This document shows positions 17,735 to 26,424 of a DNA stretch of 64,000 nucleotides, piece after piece. Numbering within the stretch: the first letter of the stretch is position 1; the number at the start of each line of letters is the position of its first letter. Below the pieces are notes generated by a model, which was given only the letters and a program-made list of their open reading frames with translations, had not been told where the DNA came from and searched no databases. This stretch comes from Bifidobacteriaceae bacterium. Its GTDB lineage: Bacteria; Actinomycetota; Actinomycetes; Actinomycetales; WQXJ01. Location of the stretch: the NCBI GenBank assembly GCA_031272885.1, contig JAISSX010000008.1, positions 782 through 64,781 on the forward strand, read 5' to 3'. Position numbers and translations under genes: made by a program.

Positions 17735-20700
17735 GTGTTCTCATTCAGCATGCCTCCGCGCTCGCCTCGCCAGTCCACCACCGTCCGACGGTCCGGTAAG
17801 CCGCTGTGGCGCTCGCCCATCGTTTGGACCATTGTCATCCTGTTGGTCGTAGCCCTGTTGCTGATGGCGGGCTCCCGCTTCTGGACCGAGATCCTGTGGT
17901 TCAAACAGGTGGGCTACCTGAACGTCTTCACCACCCAGTGGCTGGCCCGCATCTGCCTGTTCGTGGCCGGCGGCGCGCTGATGGGTGGCCTGGTGTGGTT
18001 CGCCATGTGGTTGGCCTACCGGTCGCGGCCCGTCTATGCCTCCTCCGCCATGGCCGGTGACGTGGCCGAACGCTACCGCAACGCGTTCGACCCGTTGCGC
18101 CGCGCCGCCACCATCGTGCTGCCCATCGTGATCGGCCTGTTCGCCGGCACCAACGCCGCCTCCAACTGGGAGAAGGTGCTGCTGGCCTTCAACGGCACCA
18201 GCTTTGGGCAGGTTGACCCCCAGTTCGGCCTTGATGTGTCGTTCTACACCTTCACGCTGCCGGCCATTCGTTTCGCGCTGTCCTTTGTGCAGAGCTGTGT
18301 GGCCTTGGCGCTGGTGGCCGGGCTGGTGATCCACTACCTGTACGGCGGGCTGCGGCTGGCGCAAGGCCGCGGGGTGCCGCGCATCACGCCAGCCGCGCGG
18401 GCCCAACTGGGTATCAGCGCCGCCATCTTCTGCCTGTGCATCGCCGTGCAGTATTGGCTGGACCGCTACTCCATGCTGACCGAGACCGGCGACCGGTTTG
18501 ACGGCGCCGGCTACACCATGGTGCACGCCACCATGCCGGCCAAGGCGATCATGGCCTTCATCGCCGTTTTTGTGGCCGTCATGTTCGCGGTGGCGGCCTG
18601 GCGCGGCAACTGGAAACTACCCGCCACCGCCGTTGGCCTGATGGTGATCTCTGGCCTGGCCGTGGGCTGGGCCTATCCGGCCCTGATCCAGCGCTTCTCG
18701 GTGGTACCCACCGAGGCGATCAAGGAATCGCCCTACATTCAGCGCAACATCACGGCCACCCGCACCGCCTTCGGGCTGGATGACATTGAGGTGGAGCAGT
18801 ATTCGGCCAAGACCACGGCCGAGGCCGGGGCGTTGCGGCAAGACGCCGAATCGACCGCCTCGATCCGCCTGCTGGACCCCACCGTGGTGACGCCCACCTT
18901 CCGGCAGAAGCAGCAGAACAAGCAGTACTACGACTTCCCGTCGGTGCTGGCGGTAGACCGCTACGAGATCGACGGCGAGAAGCGCGACACGGTCATCGCC
19001 GTGCGTGACATCAACCTGTCCGGCATCGGGGCTGACGCCTCCACCTGGGTCAACCAGCACACCGTCTACACCCACGGTTACGGGGTGGTGGCGGCCTACG
19101 GCAACACCACCGACGAACAAGGCTGGCCGTCCTTCTACGAGGGTGACATTCCGGCCGAAGGCGAATTAGACGTGGCGGAACCCAGGGTCTACTTCGGCAC
19201 CACCTCGCCCGAATACTCCATTGTGGGCGGGCCGGAAGGCGCCGAGCCGGTGGAATTGGACTACCCCTCCGACGAGGCCGCGCTTGGCCAGGTCAACACC
19301 ACCTATGCCGGCGATGGCGGCCCCAACGTCGGTTCGCCGCTGAACAAGCTGCTGTACGCCATCCGCTTCCGCTCCACCAACATCCTGTTCAGCTCCAACG
19401 TCAACCCCGACTCGCAGATCCTGTATGACCGTGACCCGGCCACCCGGGTGCAAAAGGTGGCGCCCTACCTGACGCTGGACGAGCGCGTCTACCCGGCCGT
19501 GGTGGACGGGCAGATCGTCTGGATTGTGGACGGCTACACCACCACCGACTACTACCCCTATGCCGAACACCAGACCATGTCCAGCGCCACGCTGGACTCG
19601 ATCACGGCCCGGTCCGGCGTGGCCGGCCTGACCGCGATGAGTGGCCAATCGGTCAACTACATCCGCAACTCGGTCAAGGCCGTGGTCAACGCCTATGACG
19701 GCTCGGTCACGTTGTACGCCTGGGACGCGGAAGACCCGGTGCTGCAGGCCTGGGCCGGCGTGTACAACAATACGTTGCACCCGGTATCCGAGATTTCGAG
19801 CGAACTGATGGCGCACCTGCGCTACCCCGAATCGATGTTCAAGGTGCAGCGCACGGTGCTGGCCAAGTACCACGTGACGGACGCCAGCACGTTCTATTCG
19901 GGCCAGGACTTCTGGCAGATCCCAACCGATCCCACGCAGACCAACTCCAACGTGCAGCAGCCCCCCTACTACCTGACGCTGAAGATGCCCAGCCAGGATG
20001 AGGCCACATTCTCGCTGTCCACCAGCTTCATCCCCATCGGTACCGGCACCAATGACAGACCCATCTTGAAGGGTTTCCTGGCGGTCGATTCCGAAACGGG
20101 TGACACGGCCGGCGCCGTGGCCGGCGACTACGGCAAGTTGCGGCTACTGGTGTTGCCGCAGGGTTCGTCCGTGGCCGGCCCCAGCCAGGTGCAGAACAGC
20201 TTCGATTCCGATGGCGTGGTCAAGGACGCGCTGTATCCGTTCCAGATCCAAGGCTCCACTGTGGTCAAGGGCAACCTGTTGACCCTGCCGGTGGGCGGCG
20301 GCCTGCTCTACGTCCAGCCGGTCTATGTCCAGGCCGCACAGGGCACCGCTTTCCCTTCGCTGCAGAAGGTGGTGGTGGGCTTCGGCGACAAGGTCGGTGT
20401 GGCCGACACCTTGAACGAGGCCTTGGATCAGGTGTTCGGTGGTGATTCCGGGGCCGAGGCCGGCGATGCCGACGTGGTCAAGGATCCCGACGTCGACCTG
20501 GGTGACGGGACAACTGTGCCCGATGACGGGTCTGATTCTGGTACGTCTGGCGAGTCGACTGCGACGCCTAGTGCGACGCCATCGGCCACGGCGAGTGCCA
20601 CGCCCAGCCAGACGCCATCGGCCACCGCTACCGCGACTACCCCGGCGGGTGACATGACCCTGGACGAGGCGCTGGACGCCATGGGTGACGCGATCGAAGC

Positions 20701-20803
20701 GGCCGATGAGGCCATGAAGGCGGGCGACTGGGAGGCCTACGGCCGGGCCCAAGACGCCTTGCAGGCGGCCTGGGAAGCGGTCGAATCCGCCCGCCAACCC
20801 TGA
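17735..20803 (+). CDS. UPF0182 family membrane protein
   Basis: 1022 aa. Seven or so N-terminal TM helices, then a large extracytoplasmic domain. Size and architecture are typical of actinobacterial UPF0182. The C-terminus is an acidic and T/P/S/A-rich tail. Confidence 0.85.
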   Translation: MFSFSMPPRSPRQSTTVRRSGKPLWRSPIVWTIVILLVVALLLMAGSRFWTEILWFKQVGYLNVFTTQWLARICLFVAGGALMGGLVWFAMWLAYRSRPVYASSAMAGDVAERYRNAFDPLRRAATIVLPIVIGLFAGTNAASNWEKVLLAFNGTSFGQVDPQFGLDVSFYTFTLPAIRFALSFVQSCVALALVAGLVIHYLYGGLRLAQGRGVPRITPAARAQLGISAAIFCLCIAVQYWLDRYSMLTETGDRFDGAGYTMVHATMPAKAIMAFIAVFVAVMFAVAAWRGNWKLPATAVGLMVISGLAVGWAYPALIQRFSVVPTEAIKESPYIQRNITATRTAFGLDDIEVEQYSAKTTAEAGALRQDAESTASIRLLDPTVVTPTFRQKQQNKQYYDFPSVLAVDRYEIDGEKRDTVIAVRDINLSGIGADASTWVNQHTVYTHGYGVVAAYGNTTDEQGWPSFYEGDIPAEGELDVAEPRVYFGTTSPEYSIVGGPEGAEPVELDYPSDEAALGQVNTTYAGDGGPNVGSPLNKLLYAIRFRSTNILFSSNVNPDSQILYDRDPATRVQKVAPYLTLDERVYPAVVDGQIVWIVDGYTTTDYYPYAEHQTMSSATLDSITARSGVAGLTAMSGQSVNYIRNSVKAVVNAYDGSVTLYAWDAEDPVLQAWAGVYNNTLHPVSEISSELMAHLRYPESMFKVQRTVLAKYHVTDASTFYSGQDFWQIPTDPTQTNSNVQQPPYYLTLKMPSQDEATFSLSTSFIPIGTGTNDRPILKGFLAVDSETGDTAGAVAGDYGKLRLLVLPQGSSVAGPSQVQNSFDSDGVVKDALYPFQIQGSTVVKGNLLTLPVGGGLLYVQPVYVQAAQGTAFPSLQKVVVGFGDKVGVADTLNEALDQVFGGDSGAEAGDADVVKDPDVDLGDGTTVPDDGSDSGTSGESTATPSATPSATASATPSQTPSATATATTPAGDMTLDEALDAMGDAIEAADEAMKAGDWEAYGRAQDALQAAWEAVESARQP

Positions 20804-20818
20804 CCGCCCGCCCTTTTT

Positions 20819-20925
20819 CTCGCGAGAGTACGGTTATGTAGGGGGTTCGCCCAGAGCGAAATGCGTTTGCGCAGGTCACGGCGCTGTCTGATTTCGCAGT
20901 GCCTACATAACCGTACTTTCGCGAG
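20819..20925. repeat. 107-bp palindromic element with 24-bp terminal inverted repeats (MITE/REP-like)
   Basis: Left arm CTCGCGAGAGTACGGTTATGTAGG (20819-20842). Right arm CCTACATAACCGTACTTTCGCGAG (20902-20925). The arms match at 23 of 24 positions. The internal 17-mer TGCGTTTGCGCAGGTCA (20862-20878) is shared with the element at 62727-62867. Confidence 0.8.
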
Positions 20926-21015
20926 GAGGGGACGCGAAATGCGCGAGGAAAGGGCGGGAGATCGGTGGGGGTTGCCAGGCGGGCGGTTCTTGCCTAGACT
21001 GGCTGGGCTAATCGA

Positions 21016-21092
21016 CGCGGGGTGGAGCAGTTCGGTAGCTCGCCGGGCTCATAACCCGGAGGTCAGAGGTTCAAATCCTCTCCCCGCTACCA
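21016..21092 (+). tRNA. initiator tRNA-Met (anticodon CAT)
   Basis: A 77-nt cloverleaf folded by hand: acceptor CGCGGGG/CCCCGCT with a C1-U72 mismatch, D arm GAGC/GCTC, anticodon stem CCGGG/CCCGG with three consecutive G-C pairs, loop CTCATAA, T arm AGAGG-TTCAAAT-CCTCT, and an encoded CCA. Near-identical in pattern to E. coli tRNA-fMet. Confidence 0.95.
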
Positions 21093-21095
21093 GTA

Positions 21096-21131
21096 GGGCC
21101 GGCGACGGTGGGTAACCACCATCACCGGCCC
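21096..21131. terminator. bidirectional stem-loop between the tRNA and the convergent lipoprotein gene
   Basis: Outer stem GGGCCGG/CCGGCCC enclosing inner stem GGTGG-gtaa-CCACC, followed by TTCGTCTTG. Confidence 0.5.
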
Positions 21132-21145
21132 TTCGTCTTGCCCGG

Positions 21146-21499
21146 CTACTTCTTAGCGGTTGAGCTGGCCTTGGGGGACTGGGTGGCTTTGGCGCTCTTG
21201 GAGGCCTCGGCGGACGGGCTGGCCGATGGCGCGTGGCTGGCCGGGGCCTTCTGACTGGGGGACGCCTGCTTGCTCGATGGCGCGTGGCTGGGCGACGCCT
21301 TCTGGCTGGGGGACGCCTTCTGGCTGTGTGACGGCGACGGGCTGTGCGAAGTCTTGCTGCTGCTGTGGGCCGAGGTGGAATGACTGGACGAAGGCGTGGG
21401 GCTGTTCTTGGAACTTGACTTCTCGTCGCAGGCAGCCGTGGTGGCGGCCAGGCCCAAAGCGGCGATCAGCGTCAAGGTGGCGGTACGGCGCGTCAGCAT
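21146..21499 (-). CDS. hypothetical low-complexity Ser/Pro/Lys-rich lipoprotein
   Basis: ATG at 21499 has GGAGG 6 nt upstream. Signal with lipobox: MLTRRTATLTLIAALGLAATTAAC. The mature part is degenerate SPS/QKAS repeats ending in KK. Confidence 0.6.
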   Translation of the reverse strand: MLTRRTATLTLIAALGLAATTAACDEKSSSKNSPTPSSSHSTSAHSSSKTSHSPSPSHSQKASPSQKASPSHAPSSKQASPSQKAPASHAPSASPSAEASKSAKATQSPKASSTAKK

Positions 21500-21630
21500 C
21501 GAATCCTCCATTCGGGGGCTGGAAAGTTACCCGGCCACCATAACCACAGGTCACGGGCTTGCAACAGGCTTTGAGGCGGACCCCACAGGCCGTTATCTAC
21601 CGTTTGACAAGACCGCTGCGCCCGTGCTGC

Positions 21631-21674
21631 GCCCCCTTCCCCCACGATAGTTACACGGAACCGTCCCCTGTAAC
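21631..21674. repeat. 44-bp repeat, copy 1 of a direct pair flanking the nitroreductase gene
   Basis: GCCCCCTTCCCCCACGATAGTTACACGGAACCGTCCCCTGTAAC. Contains the same 25-bp palindromic core as 7973-8083. Confidence 0.85.
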
Positions 21675-21796
21675 TCCACTCGCCATCCCGGACGCCGCAG
21701 GCGATCCGGGATCAAGGGGCAAGATCAGGGACACCCAGAGGTAAACCAGGGTGATCCCCGATGGCGTCCGGTCCGCCCGCCCGGAAGGCTGGAGGC

Positions 21797-22924
21797 ATGC
21801 CCCGTAAACACCGTATTGTTCTGGGCGGACTGGCCGCCCTGATCCTGGCCGCTGGCGGCGCCACCCTGGGCGCCGCCATCAAGGGCCGCCCCATCACTGT
21901 GACGAAAGACACCGATCTGGCGTTCGACCTGCCGGCGCCCGTCCGCGAGTCGTTGTACTACGCCTCGCTGGCACCCAACTCACACAACGCCCAGATGTGG
22001 CAGGTGACGGCCTACCCCAGCCGGGGCGAACTGGCGATCGCCCTTGACCCGGATCGTCTATTGCCGGTGACCGATCCGGCCGGGCGCGAGGCACTTATCT
22101 CGGTGGGCGCTTTCACCGAGAACCTGGTCCAGTCGCTGGAGGCCTATGGCTACGAAGTCGAGGTGACGACCACCCAGGTGGCCGAAGCCGGCCGGGACGG
22201 GCCGGTCGTCATCGTGCACTATGGCGGCAACCCAGGCGAACCGGACGGCATCGGGCAACAAGCTCTGGAAGCCATGACTTTGCGGCACACCGAGAAGGGA
22301 GTCATGTTGGCCCTGCCGCTGACGGCCGCCCAGTTGGAGGCCCTGGCTGCCGTGCCCGGGGTGACCTATTTTCAAGACGGCAGCGACGGCTTCGCCTACT
22401 TGGCCGGCGGCACGGTGACGGCCTACCGCGACCAGGCCAACGACCTGGCGGCGCGGCAGGAACTGGCGGGCTGGCTGCGCCTGTCAAATGGCGAGGCGCT
22501 GGCCCAGCGGGACGGCCTGCCCGCCGAGCAACTGGGCATCACGGGCATCACCAAGACGCTGTACTATCTCACGACCTCGCAGGCGGACCTGACCGGAGAC
22601 AGTTTCGCCAACCAGGGCATCAGCCGGACAGAGAAGCAGGTCGATGGCGCGGCCGGTTTCGCCGTCCTGGTGGGGGATGATCCGATCACGGCCGGCCGTG
22701 ACCTGGAGCGGTTGTGGCTGGCGGCCACGCGGGCCGGCGTTTCGGTCCAACCGATGAGCCAGATCTTGGAGGACCCTGCTGCTGCGGCTGCCTTGCCGGC
22801 GGCGCTGGGCCTGACCGGCACGCCACAGATGATCCTCCGAGTGGGCCGGGTGAGTGGTGATTACGGCCAGAACCTGGGCCTGCGCCGCCCCTTGGCCGAG
22901 TTCGTCACCAACGGCGAACCCTAG
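21797..22924 (+). CDS. nitroreductase-family protein (Acg-like, two-lobed) with N-terminal membrane anchor or signal
   Basis: ATG at 21797. N-terminus MPRKHRIVLGGLAALILAAGGATLGAAI. Family motif SLYYASLAPNSHNAQMWQV, then DPDRLLPVTDPAGREALISVGAF. Its length of about 375 aa fits the Acg/Rv2032-type architecture. Confidence 0.65.
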   Translation: MPRKHRIVLGGLAALILAAGGATLGAAIKGRPITVTKDTDLAFDLPAPVRESLYYASLAPNSHNAQMWQVTAYPSRGELAIALDPDRLLPVTDPAGREALISVGAFTENLVQSLEAYGYEVEVTTTQVAEAGRDGPVVIVHYGGNPGEPDGIGQQALEAMTLRHTEKGVMLALPLTAAQLEALAAVPGVTYFQDGSDGFAYLAGGTVTAYRDQANDLAARQELAGWLRLSNGEALAQRDGLPAEQLGITGITKTLYYLTTSQADLTGDSFANQGISRTEKQVDGAAGFAVLVGDDPITAGRDLERLWLAATRAGVSVQPMSQILEDPAAAAALPAALGLTGTPQMILRVGRVSGDYGQNLGLRRPLAEFVTNGEP

Positions 22925-22930
22925 ACCAGC

Positions 22931-22974
22931 GCCTCCTTCCCCCACGATAGTTACACGGAACCGTCCCCTGTAAC
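22931..22974. repeat. 44-bp repeat, copy 2 (43 of 44 identical to 21631-21674, exactly 1300 bp downstream)
   Basis: GCCTCCTTCCCCCACGATAGTTACACGGAACCGTCCCCTGTAAC. Confidence 0.85.
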
Positions 22975-23017
22975 AAGACGGACTTGTCTATCGCGCCTAT
23001 AGACCAGGTCAATAGGC

Positions 23018-23488
23018 CTACAGGCGGGCGGGGAAGAGGTCGCTCAGCGTGGGCACGAAGGGCTGGAAGCGCAGCCGCAGCCCGGCTTCGGCCGGGGTCC
23101 GTGCCTTCTTGGCCTCGTTGCAGGCCCGGCAGGCCGCTACCAGGTTGGGCCAATCGGTGCGCCCACCCCGGGACAGCGGCAACACGTGGTCCCGCGTGTT
23201 GGCGGCCCGGCCGCAGTAGGCGCACTGGTAGTGGTCGCGCCGCAACACGTTGTCGGTGGAGGGGGACAGCCGCCCGGTGCGCTGGTACTTCCACTTGGCG
23301 TAGACGTAGCGCACCAGTTCCACCGACCGCGGCAGCGGGAACTGGCCAACATACTCGCCCGGCACGGTTTCGAAGGCCCTGGCCACGCCGCGCCACATCA
23401 TCAAGACGGCGTGCTTAACGGAGACCCGTCCCAGCGGCTCGGTGCCGCCGGCGTTGTAGATCACCACGGTTTGGCTCATGGACCTCAC
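23018..23488 (-). CDS. HNH endonuclease
   Basis: 156 aa. HNH/zinc-finger core RRDHYQCAYCGRAANTRDHVLPLSRGGRTDWPNLVAACRACNEAK. Confidence 0.85.
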   Translation of the reverse strand: MRSMSQTVVIYNAGGTEPLGRVSVKHAVLMMWRGVARAFETVPGEYVGQFPLPRSVELVRYVYAKWKYQRTGRLSPSTDNVLRRDHYQCAYCGRAANTRDHVLPLSRGGRTDWPNLVAACRACNEAKKARTPAEAGLRLRFQPFVPTLSDLFPARL

Positions 23489-23654
23489 CTCCTTGCCAGT
23501 GTTGGGGCGACTCGGCCCTGGGGTGGGCCGCGGCCTGTCGGTGTGGCACCAAGACTAGGCAATGACCGCCCGCTTGCACGAGCACCCCCGCCGGTACGGT
23601 TCAATTGACCTCGGTTACCTTCGTTCCCCAGTTCGTCAGTCCCCAGGAGACAAC

Positions 23655-24704
23655 ATGCCGGCCAAAGGCCGCCTCAAGGCGCGGTTGGAGCGCCTTACCG
23701 CCCGGCCTTGGGTACGGCATGTGCGCCGCGCCCAGGCCCGCTACCGTGACCGGCTGGGGCCGGAATCGGCCGCCGCCATGGCCTTCTATTCCCTGCTGAC
23801 CGTGATCCCCACGCTGGTCTTCGCCATGACCGCGGTGGCCTTTGCCCTGGGCAACTACCGGCCGGATCTGATCGAGGACTTCCAGGTCTGGTTCGCCAAC
23901 CGCCTTGGGGATGAGGACCTGTCCGCCCGCATCCTGAAGGAAGTGGCCGGCGTGGTGGAGGTGACCGATGGCAGCCGCGAGCACCTGTGGACCGCCGTCA
24001 AGCTGATGGTGGGCACCGCGGTGTTGATGGCCTGGGGCGGCGGCAACTGGCTGCGCCACATCCGCCGGTCGCTCAACATGATCTGGCGCCCCCACGCCGA
24101 CGAGGTGGAATACCCCGGCTTCATCGTTTGGCGCCTGATCAAGTACATCTTCCAATTCGGCGCCTTCGTCATTCTGCTGTTCATCACCCTGGCCACGTCC
24201 ACCCTGGCCACCCACCTGACTACTGCCATCATGGACCTTGTGGGCTACCAGCACGGCCTGATCGAACCCTTCTTGTCCCGCCTGGTGTTCGGCGCCAGCT
24301 CGGTGTTGTTTGGCTGGATGCTGTTCATCTACGTGCTGGGGATTCTGCCGTCCTACCGCCAGCCGTTCCGCACCATCGCCAAGGGCGCCCTGATGGGCGC
24401 GGTGATCTGGTTCGCGGTGCAACAGGCCATGACCTACCTGATCCACTTCCTCTACACCGGCCAGACGGCCAGTTTCTTCGGCCCGTTGTTCGTGGCCTTG
24501 GTGGTGTTCAACTTCCTGGGCCAGGTGGTGTTGTGGGTGGCGGCCTGGACGGCCACTTTGACGGACAACCCGGCGGTCAAGAAGGGCGCCACCCGGGTGG
24601 TGCGGCCGGCCACGGTGACGGCGGCAACGGTGCCCGATGCCGCCCCCCAAGTTGGTTTACCGGCGGCCGCTGATGCCGTTCAGCCATTAACATCACCGTC
24701 CTGA
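23655..24704 (+). CDS. YihY/BrkB-family membrane protein
   Basis: ATG at 23655 with AGGAGA 5 nt upstream. Family N-terminal motif AAAMAFYSLLTVIPTLVF. About 6 TM helices. Confidence 0.8.
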   Translation: MPAKGRLKARLERLTARPWVRHVRRAQARYRDRLGPESAAAMAFYSLLTVIPTLVFAMTAVAFALGNYRPDLIEDFQVWFANRLGDEDLSARILKEVAGVVEVTDGSREHLWTAVKLMVGTAVLMAWGGGNWLRHIRRSLNMIWRPHADEVEYPGFIVWRLIKYIFQFGAFVILLFITLATSTLATHLTTAIMDLVGYQHGLIEPFLSRLVFGASSVLFGWMLFIYVLGILPSYRQPFRTIAKGALMGAVIWFAVQQAMTYLIHFLYTGQTASFFGPLFVALVVFNFLGQVVLWVAAWTATLTDNPAVKKGATRVVRPATVTAATVPDAAPQVGLPAAADAVQPLTSPS

Positions 24705-24836
24705 CGTGCATTAGGATCACCGGGTGCCGTGGCGCCCGCAGGCGGTTGGGTGTGCCATTTGCCCAACGGGGTGCCGTGGCGTACAGCCTTGAAAGGACCC
24801 CAGTTGAGCACCGCAAACACCCCCAAACCAGGCACC

Positions 24837-26180
24837 ATGCCCATCCCTGACGCAGCGGCCGCCAAGGCGCCCGCCGCGCCACGCGCCACGGGCACCCCCG
24901 CTACGCCGACAGCGAACCCGCTGAAGCGGCTGGCCCGGCGCTGGAACGCCATCGGGCTGATCACCCGCATCCTGGTAGGCCTGGTGATCGGCGCCGTGCT
25001 TGGTCTGGTGGCGCCAAAGGACGGCGACCAGGTGGTGCCGGCCATGGATTGGATCTCCCTGCTGGGCGATCTGTTCGTGGGCGCCCTCAAAGCCTTGGCC
25101 CCCATCCTGGTGTTTGTGCTGGTGATCAGCGCCCTGGCCAACGCCCGGGCCCAAACCTCGATGCACCGCATCCTTGGCCTGTACCTGTTCGGCACCTTCC
25201 TGGCCGGCTGTGTGGCCGCGGCCGTCACCATGGCCTTCCCCTTCAAGTTGACCCTGCCGCCGCCGGAAGAAGGCCAAACTGCACCGGGCGGCATCGGGCA
25301 GGTGCTGAAGACCCTGGCTACCAACGTGGTGTCGAACCCGGTGGCGGCCCTGACCAACGCCAACTACTTGGGCATCTTGGCCTGGGCCGTGATGATCGGC
25401 ATTGCTCTGCGGGTGGCCAGCGACACCACCAAGTCGGTGATGGAGAACCTGGCCGGCGCCATTGCCAAGGTGGTGCGTTGGGTCATCAACTTGGCGCCGT
25501 TCGGCATTCTGGGCCTGGTGTTCACGGCCGTCAGCACCAGCGGGCTGGACATTTTCACCGAGTATGGCCGCCTGTTGGCGGTGCTGGTGGGTTGCATGCT
25601 GTTGATGGCGCTGGTGGCCAACCCGCTGCTGGTGGCGGTGGCGCTGCGACGCAACCCGTACCCGCTGGTGTGGCGCTGCCTGAAGGACTCCGGTGTGACG
25701 GCCTTCTTTACCCGCAGTTCAGCCGCCAATATCCCGGTCAACCTGGAACTATGCCGCAAACTGGGGCTGAATCCGGACACCTATTCGGTGTCGATTCCCC
25801 TGGGCGCCACCATCAATATGGCCGGCGCCTCGGTCACCATCACGGTGATGGCATTGGCGGCGGCCAATACCCAAGGCATCACGGTCGATTTCCCCACCGC
25901 CGTGGTGCTGTGCGTGCTGGCGGCCGTGTCCGCCTGCGGTGCCTCGGGCGTACCGGGCGGCTCGCTGCTGCTGATCCCGCTGGCCTGCTCCCTGTTCGGC
26001 ATCTCGAACGATGTCGCCATGCAGATGGTGGCCATCGGCTTCATTGTGGGCGTGGTGCAGGATTCCTGTGAGACGGCGCTCAACTCGTCCTCGGACGTGT
26101 TGTTCACGGCCACGGCCGAATACTGGGACTGGAAGAAGGCTGGCCGGGCCTTCAAGCCGGGCAAACTGCTGGTGGCGTAG
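24837..26180 (+). CDS. sstT: serine/threonine transporter SstT (dicarboxylate/amino acid:cation symporter family)
   Basis: Polytopic protein with [28 protein letters not shown] near the N-terminus and DAACS-type motifs ([24 protein letters not shown]). The start is uncertain: ATG 24837, or TTG 24804 preceded by GAAAGGA. Confidence 0.85.
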   Translation: MPIPDAAAAKAPAAPRATGTPATPTANPLKRLARRWNAIGLITRILVGLVIGAVLGLVAPKDGDQVVPAMDWISLLGDLFVGALKALAPILVFVLVISALANARAQTSMHRILGLYLFGTFLAGCVAAAVTMAFPFKLTLPPPEEGQTAPGGIGQVLKTLATNVVSNPVAALTNANYLGILAWAVMIGIALRVASDTTKSVMENLAGAIAKVVRWVINLAPFGILGLVFTAVSTSGLDIFTEYGRLLAVLVGCMLLMALVANPLLVAVALRRNPYPLVWRCLKDSGVTAFFTRSSAANIPVNLELCRKLGLNPDTYSVSIPLGATINMAGASVTITVMALAAANTQGITVDFPTAVVLCVLAAVSACGASGVPGGSLLLIPLACSLFGISNDVAMQMVAIGFIVGVVQDSCETALNSSSDVLFTATAEYWDWKKAGRAFKPGKLLVA

Positions 26181-26182
26181 GC

Positions 26183-26208
26183 GCCGCGGCCGGGCGGCCG
26201 GCCGCGGC
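26183..26208 (+). terminator. GC-rich hairpin immediately after the sstT stop
   Basis: GCCGCGGCCGG (26183-26193), loop GCGG, CCGGCCGCGGC (26198-26208). Perfect 11-bp stem, no U-tract. Confidence 0.5.
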
Positions 26209-26424
26209 TCGGGCCGGCTGCCTCTTCGCCTTTAGCAAAAGACGGTAGTTTCAGCCACGTCGAGGAATAATCCAGCCACCCCCCGGGGTTACGCTTGCGT
26301 AGACGTTTTCCCAGGTGGGTGTCCAGTCCAACCCCACCAAACGGGAAACGTGAAAACAGAGCCCACGTAGCGGTTTGGCGGCAATTGCTCAGCCTCCGGC
26401 CGCACCCTGAACAGGAAGGTGGCG

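Noticed and set aside
20861-21115. An 84-aa ORF spanning the repeat element and the tRNA gene.
   Set aside because: It overlaps a well-folded tRNA and a palindromic repeat. It has no RBS, and the translation is Arg-rich nonsense.
21631-22974. Integron gene cassette with attC sites.
   Set aside because: The palindrome ends only loosely resemble R-box consensus. No intI or attI is present, and the same core occurs in a non-cassette context at 7973-8083. It is kept only as a remote alternative inside the direct-repeat finding.
23018-23488. The HNH endonuclease as part of a defence or mobile system.
   Set aside because: It is a stand-alone 156-aa gene with no methylase, ATPase, terminase, intron or intein context. 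Small HNH proteins of this type appear to be ordinary conserved actinobacterial genes.
21093-23500. A tRNA-adjacent genomic island downstream of tRNA-fMet (lipoprotein, nitroreductase, HNH).
   Set aside because: I found no integrase, excisionase or phage genes, and no duplicated tRNA 3' end. The direct repeats present are unrelated to the tRNA sequence.
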